A stretch of 64,000 bases of DNA from Bdellovibrionales bacterium (GTDB lineage Bacteria > Bdellovibrionota > Bdellovibrionia > Bdellovibrionales > UBA1609): contig OZ241877.1 of the NCBI GenBank assembly GCA_965203095.1, positions 1,312,001-1,376,000 of the forward strand. Reading direction: 5' to 3'. The position numbers were made by a program, and so were the translations under genes. This document shows positions 57,624 through 64,000 of this stretch, in pieces. Below the pieces are notes generated by a model, which saw only the letters and a program-made list of their open reading frames with translations, did no database searches and was not told where the DNA came from. Within the stretch, counting starts at the first letter, position 1, and the number at the start of each line of letters is the position of its first letter.

Positions 57624-59477
57624 CTAATGGAGAAAAACTTTCCGGCAAGAATCTTTTTCTGATTTTTTTTGATCCTTTTGAGGGAATTGTTTTAAAGTTT
57701 CTTCCTCTATCTTATCGTTTAAATAGTTGGCCAAGTGGATAAAGCCTTGCCTCTCTGCCCATGAGGACAGCTCTATTTTATTGGGAAAGGAGGAAAAACC
57801 AATATGAGTGTTCAATTGGATTGTTTTTTGTTCATAAAGAAACTTCACTTCATCCAATAAACCTAAAAATATGGCCCAATCCAAAGGGCTAAAATTGATA
57901 AAAAAAGTGTTTTCCCCCTTTGGACCAATAAAATCTTTTTCCGCCACTAACTTTATGATTCGTTTGGCTGGTTTTTTAAGAGGGCTTTTTTCATCTAATG
58001 AGGCATAAGTGACAATAGCCAATGACAAGGGGTCTAAACTGTAAGTGGACATTTGTCCATTTTCCAATCCCACTCTTTCAGAAAGTTGTTTAATACTTTG
58101 AACTGCCGGTAAAAAACTGTGCCTTATGGCTTCTAAAAGAATATTGCTTACAAATACCGATTGAGGCCCCTCGCTCACTTGGTGCAGGAAGTTGGTATGG
58201 CCAAGAGTATGCTTCATCTCTAAAGAGAGGTTTTTGAAAAAACTTTTATCCCTATTGAGAATAGCTTTTAAAAGGACAGCTGACTCCTGATTCTGTTGAT
58301 TGAAATTGAGAATATAATTTAAAACATGTATTCTTATGGTTTCATATTCTGTCAGAGTCTCTTTTAAACTTTCATAAATTTGAGTAAAATATTGTTGAGG
58401 AACTCCAGGGTTAAAGTGGCTCAGTGCTTGGATTAGATTTTTCAAAAAAGGTTCAAAGTTAAAATAAGTTAACTCTTCATTGATGGTTTTTTTGCCTTTT
58501 AGTGTTTCTCCTTTTTGTTGAGATGTATCAGGAGGAATTTCTTTTTGTCGGTTTGTTATTTCTTCTGTTATTGGGTCTTCAGGATGATCTATCCCTTCGG
58601 GAAGAGCACCCAACTCGTTTAAGATTTGGACGATGGTTGTATTATTAAATTTACCAGCCAAAGAGACAGGGTCCCATCCTAAAAGATCCTTTTCCTTCAG
58701 CAGAGGGTAGGCTTGTTCTGCAAGGGTGCGAAAAGCTTTTTGATAGTCAGAATGCATGGGGACTTTGTATTCTTGGCGAAAATAGTTTAACAAAATAAAC
58801 GAATGCAAAACAGTCATCCCTGTTAAAGTTTTTTTATTGATATCGAAGTCTCTTTTTAATAGTTTTTTTATAATGCGAGGGTCCCCAGTGCCTGCCAAGT
58901 GATGGGATAAGACAACCACCATCTCATCAGAGTTTTTAAAATCATCTTGAATAAACTGGCTGGTTATATTTTTATAAGGTAAGCTCTCATTTACAGAGAG
59001 ACCTAAAGAATCCATTAGCACAAACACTTCTTCCCCTATCCAATTATTGAAGAGGGATAGTGTGAGGCTAAGGATTTGATCTGATTTTGTAAATTTCTGC
59101 TCTGTCATAAAGTTTTTGATTTCTTGTATCTGGCCATTTTTAAAAAGATTCAGGAACTGGGCAATGACCTGCATGGTTGGGATGTGCCTTTCAAAAAATT
59201 TATTGTTTGAATTTTGAAATTTGTTAGAGAAGTGATCATGAAAAAGAGTTTGCCTCATTAAGTGGCTGATAGTGTATAGATAATGGTTAGCTTTAAGATT
59301 GAGCACAAAACTCTCTTGCACTTCTGGGCTGATTTGAAAAATTTGACGCATCCTTGTCCAAAAAAAATTTGGAGGTTGGTCGTCTTGATTAGAGGGAGCT
59401 GGCAGTTGTTGTGAAAAGCCAATGGTGGAATAAAGGAGGATCAAGCAAAAACTGACTTTTTTAAGTAGAGAAAGCAT
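57624..59477 (-). CDS. Secreted protein with degenerate ankyrin repeats
   Basis: Signal peptide; DINKKTLTGMTVLH, DLLGWDPVSLA..IVQILNELGA, SPLDWA. Confidence 0.7.
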   Translation of the reverse strand: MLSLLKKVSFCLILLYSTIGFSQQLPAPSNQDDQPPNFFWTRMRQIFQISPEVQESFVLNLKANHYLYTISHLMRQTLFHDHFSNKFQNSNNKFFERHIPTMQVIAQFLNLFKNGQIQEIKNFMTEQKFTKSDQILSLTLSLFNNWIGEEVFVLMDSLGLSVNESLPYKNITSQFIQDDFKNSDEMVVVLSHHLAGTGDPRIIKKLLKRDFDINKKTLTGMTVLHSFILLNYFRQEYKVPMHSDYQKAFRTLAEQAYPLLKEKDLLGWDPVSLAGKFNNTTIVQILNELGALPEGIDHPEDPITEEITNRQKEIPPDTSQQKGETLKGKKTINEELTYFNFEPFLKNLIQALSHFNPGVPQQYFTQIYESLKETLTEYETIRIHVLNYILNFNQQNQESAVLLKAILNRDKSFFKNLSLEMKHTLGHTNFLHQVSEGPQSVFVSNILLEAIRHSFLPAVQSIKQLSERVGLENGQMSTYSLDPLSLAIVTYASLDEKSPLKKPAKRIIKLVAEKDFIGPKGENTFFINFSPLDWAIFLGLLDEVKFLYEQKTIQLNTHIGFSSFPNKIELSSWAERQGFIHLANYLNDKIEEETLKQFPQKDQKKSEKDSCRKVFLH

Positions 59478-59939
59478 ACTGGTTTATTTTTAACATAGGA
59501 GTTGGATATAACCAATGGCTTTGAAAAAATTTCATAAAATTGTGGCATGAAGGCTCAAAGTGGACCAAATTAAGGGGTATTTTCCATTATTTCCTCAAAC
59601 TCCAGAGGGCTTTTATAGTCCAGGAGGTGGTAGAGAGTATATCCACCAAACCATCAATCCGTTCAAAAAAAGGGCTGAAGGCAAGCTGTGGCTCAAATTT
59701 TCCATTACAGCCAAGCAACAAGCCTTTTCCTGATACCCCTTATCCTTAAAAACAGCCACCTTGAATAATACAGTGTAGTATGTCCTGACCTTTTACCCAT
59801 CTTGAAAACCCAACAAATCCAACACTTACTAACTGCGTCAAATTCCTAATGGCGAACTCAGGCCATAAAACAGGGTATCATCAAGTAGTGCAATCCTCAT
59901 AATTTTTTGATTACTCTTTACCTTGACCAGAATAATCGT

Positions 59940-60860
59940 TTAAAAAACAGGGAGGCTAAAGCTTTCTTGTTCAAGTGAAGCTTTAGTTTTAGACAACTTT
60001 AAAAGAGGATCATTTTCCCGAATCTCTTTGTAATCTTTATCCCTTATAGTTCTAATCCGTCCCAAATAAATGGATACAAAATATTTATTATTTATTTTAG
60101 TTTGTTGGACGGATTGAACATTCTTTTTAGCAATATTAACATAATTGGGGTCTATTTCTATGCCAATGTATTTTCTACCCAGCTGTTTTGCGGCAACAGC
60201 GGTTGTTCCTGTTCCCATAAAAGGATCTAACACAATATCTCCTTCATCTGTAGTCATCAATATCAATCTTTCTAAAAGCGGTATGGATAGTTGACAAGGA
60301 TGCTCATTCCTTCTTTTTTTATGTCTTATCCTATGAATATCATTCCATACATCAGAAAGAAGAGGGCCAAACCCATGAGCTTGATCTTTTTTCCCGCCAT
60401 AATCTTTTAAAAATTCATTACAAGTTCTGCATTTTGGATGCGGATATCTAATATCATAGAATTTAAAATCCGTATAAGACAAAGATTTTGTATAATATAA
60501 AATGCCATAATGGTTAGGTAGTAAAGTTTTTCCTATTGGAGCTCCTCCTGAATCCCAAACAATCCAATGTCTAAAATAAGCAATTTGATTCAAACACTCT
60601 GTATAATGGACAAGCCAACGAGGAATATTATGAACAAAAATTGATCCTTTTGGTTTAGTGACTCGCACCATTTCACTTATCCAATCATTACACCAATTGA
60701 GATAATCTCTTTTTTCTTTTGAATCTTTATAATGCCCATACTTTTTTTTTAAATTAAAAGGAGGGTCGGCAAAAGTTATATCAACGGACTGATCCGGTAT
60801 TTTCTTTAATATGGATAAACAATCACCTTGAATAATTTTATCACAAAATTTATCTATCAT
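59940..60860 (-). CDS. Orphan beta-class N4/N6 DNA methyltransferase
   Basis: DPPF (motif IV) precedes DPFMGTGTT (motif I); HPCQ. Confidence 0.9.
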   Translation of the reverse strand: MIDKFCDKIIQGDCLSILKKIPDQSVDITFADPPFNLKKKYGHYKDSKEKRDYLNWCNDWISEMVRVTKPKGSIFVHNIPRWLVHYTECLNQIAYFRHWIVWDSGGAPIGKTLLPNHYGILYYTKSLSYTDFKFYDIRYPHPKCRTCNEFLKDYGGKKDQAHGFGPLLSDVWNDIHRIRHKKRRNEHPCQLSIPLLERLILMTTDEGDIVLDPFMGTGTTAVAAKQLGRKYIGIEIDPNYVNIAKKNVQSVQQTKINNKYFVSIYLGRIRTIRDKDYKEIRENDPLLKLSKTKASLEQESFSLPVF

Positions 60861-61336
60861 AGTCCTCCTCCAAAAGTTTTAACTTTTTTTTGTTTTTTTA
60901 AGGCTCGCTCCATTCGTCTTTCCGCCTGCTTTTTTTTGAGAGATTGCCTTTTATCAATCTTGGCTTTCCCTATACCCAAAGCAATCTCCACTTTAGCCCT
61001 CCCCCTTTTAAAATAAATACGGAGGGGCACACAACTCCTGTTTTTTTGCTCTGTCAGCCCGCGAATTTTTTTTATTTCTCCTTTATGTAAAAGCAATTTG
61101 CGAGGACGTTCCGGCAGATGGCCACCATTTCGGGCTTTTTTGTAAGGGCTGATATAAGCTCTGCGTAAAAAAGCCTCTTCTGAAGAAAAAGAAATATAAG
61201 AATCTTTAAGCTGGCACTGCCCCGCTCGCAAGGATTTGACCTCACTACCTAATAGGACCAGCCCCGCCTCAAATTTTTCCTTCAACTCATATTGAAAACT
61301 GGCTTTTTTATTTATGGCAATCAGCTGGATAGGCAT
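60857..61336 (-). CDS. smpB: SsrA-binding protein
   Basis: NKKA, EAGLVLLGSEVKSLR, RKLLLHK; start re-assigned to ATG 61336. Confidence 0.95.
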   Translation of the reverse strand: MPIQLIAINKKASFQYELKEKFEAGLVLLGSEVKSLRAGQCQLKDSYISFSSEEAFLRRAYISPYKKARNGGHLPERPRKLLLHKGEIKKIRGLTEQKNRSCVPLRIYFKRGRAKVEIALGIGKAKIDKRQSLKKKQAERRMERALKKQKKVKTFGGGL

Positions 61337-61575
61337 TATAGGCTTAAAATAAAACCTTTTTCGGGAAAAGGGCAAGACCTTAAGCTCTAAAAGAGTGCGG
61401 GAATCAGGGCTGGTGGAGGCACTCAAAATATTTTTTTAGCTTTTTTTGCTTAAAAAATAAACACTTTTAAAGCCTATAACCCCGCAAACAGGCCAAAATA
61501 AAGACAAGACTAAAAAAAGATTCAATCTTTTTTTTAGAAAAACCGAAAAGATAAATACAATATCAGGAGATCGCT

Positions 61576-62184
61576 TTGTCTTTAATTCCTATTGTTATAG
61601 AACAGACCCCCAGAGGAGAGAGGAGTTATGATATTTACTCTCGCCTTTTAAAAGACCGAATCATCATGCTGGGGACAGCTATTGACGACAATGTGGCCAA
61701 TAGCGTCATTGCTCAGATGTTTTTCTTAGAGATGCAATCTTCCACCCAGGACATTAACCTTTATATCAATTCCCCAGGGGGAAGTGTGCATGCGGGATTG
61801 GCTGTTTACGATATTATGCAGTTTGTCCGTTGCGATGTGGCAACTTATTGTATTGGACTCTCGGCCAGTATGGGCTCTTTATTGCTTTGTGCTGGAGCTG
61901 AAAAGAAGCGATATATTCTCCCTAATGCTCGAGTTATGGTCCATCAGCCCTTGATTTCTGGTTCAGGAATATCCGGGCAGGTGAGTGATATTGAGATTCA
62001 CGCTAAGGAAATGTCTTACACAAAAAAGCAGTTGACCCAAATTTACGCAAAGCATACAGGTCATGATGTGGAAAAACTGACAAAAATGATGGATAGGGAT
62101 CGCTACATGGGGGCGGAAGAGGCAAAATCGCTCAAATTAGTGGATCATATTGTGGAAAATAGAAAAAATCAGAAGAAAACTTAA
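61576..62184 (+). CDS. clpP: ATP-dependent Clp protease proteolytic subunit
   Basis: YDIYSRLLKDRII, YINSPGG, ASMG, HQP. Confidence 0.97.
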   Translation: MSLIPIVIEQTPRGERSYDIYSRLLKDRIIMLGTAIDDNVANSVIAQMFFLEMQSSTQDINLYINSPGGSVHAGLAVYDIMQFVRCDVATYCIGLSASMGSLLLCAGAEKKRYILPNARVMVHQPLISGSGISGQVSDIEIHAKEMSYTKKQLTQIYAKHTGHDVEKLTKMMDRDRYMGAEEAKSLKLVDHIVENRKNQKKT

Positions 62185-62381
62185 AAAATGGATTCTACAA
62201 AAAATATTTTTTGCCTTATAGAGAAAAATGGATCATAGTTGGTTATTATTATGTTTAATTTTAGACAAAACTTTGTTTTTTACTTTTTGCTTTTCTCAAA
62301 AAAAGGAGGAAGTCCACAGTATTTTGATATGTGTCAACCAATAAATAAAACCGGGTATTTTTAACGGAGGCGAGGGCAGTT

Positions 62382-63650
62382 ATGGTTAGTAAAGTTTGCA
62401 GTTTTTGCGATAAAAGTCAAAAAGAGGTTTCTAAACTGATTTCAGGGCCTCAAGTTTATATTTGTAATGAGTGTGTTGACCTCTGTAACGAAATTCTTAT
62501 TGAAGCCGAAAAGAAGGAGGCTATTTCCTCAAAGAAAAAACTAAAAGTGGCCACACCGGCGGAAATCAAAACTCGTTTAGACGAATATATTATAGGTCAG
62601 GACAAAGCCAAAAAATCTATGGCAGTTGCCGTTCATAACCATTATAAACGGATCAATATGTCCGGCCAAGCCCAAAAAGATGGGGTGGAGTTAGCAAAAA
62701 GTAATCTTCTGTTAATAGGTCCTACAGGTTCTGGTAAAACCCTTTTGGCTCAAACTATTGCCAGGATTTTAAATGTTCCTTTTTCTGTAGCGGATGCCAC
62801 CACTTTAACGGAAGCGGGTTATGTGGGGGAGGATGTGGAAAATGTGGTTTTAAACTTACTTCAGGCGGCGGATTATGATGTGAAGAAGGCAGAAAAAGGG
62901 GTTATTTATATTGATGAGATTGATAAAATCACCCGTAAAGGGGAAAATGTCTCCATCACCAGAGATGTGAGTGGGGAGGGGGTTCAACAGGCTCTTTTAA
63001 AAATTTTGGAAGGGACAGTGGCCAATGTGCCTCCAAAGGGAGGGCGTAAGCATCCCCAACAGGAATTTATTTCTGTCAACACTTCGGATATTTTATTTAT
63101 TGTGGGAGGGGCTTTTGTCGGGTTGGAAAATTTAGTTCAAAATCGCATATCCAACCGATCTCTTGGCTTTTCTGCCAATGTGGATGATCCGGAAGAGGTC
63201 AGCCGATCGGAGATTTTGTCTCAGTTGGAACCATCGGACTTGGTTCGCTATGGTTTGATTCCAGAATTTATTGGCCGTTTGCCGGGGATAGCTATTTTGG
63301 ATTCTTTGGATAAAAAGGCATTGATTCAAATTTTACAAGAGCCTAAAAATGCTTTGCTCAAACAGTATCAAAAGCTTTTTAGTTATAATGGTGTTCAGCT
63401 GGAGTTTGAAAAATCAGCCATCAATTTAGTGGCGGAAATAGCCCTTAAAAATAAAACGGGGGCACGGGGCTTGAGAAAGGTTTTAGAAGACAGCATGTTG
63501 GAGATCATGTATGAAGTTCCCTCCCATGATAATATTAAATCCTGCCTTATTACTAAAGATGTGATTCAAAAAAAAGGGAAACCAAAATTTGGTTATAAAT
63601 CCAAAAAACGATCCTCTTCATCTTCTAAAACACAAAAAGCCAGTGCTTAA
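62382..63650 (+). CDS. clpX: ATP-dependent Clp protease ATPase subunit
   Basis: CSFC zinc finger, [24 protein letters not shown]. Confidence 0.98.
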   Translation: MVSKVCSFCDKSQKEVSKLISGPQVYICNECVDLCNEILIEAEKKEAISSKKKLKVATPAEIKTRLDEYIIGQDKAKKSMAVAVHNHYKRINMSGQAQKDGVELAKSNLLLIGPTGSGKTLLAQTIARILNVPFSVADATTLTEAGYVGEDVENVVLNLLQAADYDVKKAEKGVIYIDEIDKITRKGENVSITRDVSGEGVQQALLKILEGTVANVPPKGGRKHPQQEFISVNTSDILFIVGGAFVGLENLVQNRISNRSLGFSANVDDPEEVSRSEILSQLEPSDLVRYGLIPEFIGRLPGIAILDSLDKKALIQILQEPKNALLKQYQKLFSYNGVQLEFEKSAINLVAEIALKNKTGARGLRKVLEDSMLEIMYEVPSHDNIKSCLITKDVIQKKGKPKFGYKSKKRSSSSSKTQKASA

Positions 63651-63672
63651 GTAATGGATAAGGGAGTATCTT

Positions 63673-63972
63673 TTAAAGAACAGACCCTTGAAAAAGCCTT
63701 GTCATGAGATCCAGTTTGGAAAAGCCAAAAAGAACTATTACAAAAAAAACAGCAGAACCAAAAACCACCCAGTAAATTTTATCATCATATTTAAGGTGCA
63801 TAAAATAAAGCAAGACCAAACCGGCTTTAACAGTGGCAATCAGAAAAGCCAGAAAAACATTAAAAATCCCAAAATCGATTTGTGCGACAACAACAGTGAG
63901 AACTGTCAAAATGAGAAGACTCATCAAGACATTAAAATAAATCTTGAAAGGGACAATATGATTTTTTGACAT
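63673..63972 (-). CDS. Cytochrome c oxidase subunit IV family protein
   Basis: L.ILT.LTV and IATVKAGLV..YFMHLKY motifs. Confidence 0.85.
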   Translation of the reverse strand: MSKNHIVPFKIYFNVLMSLLILTVLTVVVAQIDFGIFNVFLAFLIATVKAGLVLLYFMHLKYDDKIYWVVFGSAVFFVIVLFGFSKLDLMTRLFQGSVL

Positions 63973-64000
63973 GTTTAACCTTTGGTTTTAAAATTTAAGG

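Noticed and set aside
57430..57742. 65-aa and 73-aa ORFs (likewise 52542-52742)
   Set aside because: Chance frames across repeat elements
59480..59939. Cognate restriction endonuclease or tmRNA next to the MTase/smpB
   Set aside because: Only short broken frames, and no tRNA-like ends or tag peptide recognised

Overview
AT-rich bacterial chromosome segment, most likely from a Bdellovibrionota (predatory lineage) organism. The assignment rests on a Tad pilus locus followed by RHS-like and small disordered genes matching the Bdellovibrio bd0109/bd0108 'hit' arrangement, tandem DUF507 genes and FliA-type promoter motifs. Housekeeping genes (tatC, priA, gloB, tkt, rnr, tRNA-Ala, aroF, miaB, an rpoH-like sigma factor, smpB, clpP, clpX) alternate with two accessory or defence regions. 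The first (1-7.4 kb) holds a Zorya-like zorA-HNH-zorB operon, a direct-repeat-flanked NYN RNase with a structured leader, and a frameshifted STAND-like ATPase behind a 7x31-bp tandem repeat. The second (36.5-52.6 kb, after tRNA-Ala) holds an ABC-ATPase/TOPRIM pair, an orphan AbiEi, an IS1634 with an 84-bp target duplication, an SDH protease with a microprotein, a TIR gene with an unknown partner, and a fused R-M plus S system. Several small repeat families are dispersed across the window. The most striking is an oriented MITE-like element carrying a hairpin with covarying stems and a conserved 27-nt loop (4 copies). All calls are by eye from sequence motifs; no database searches were run.
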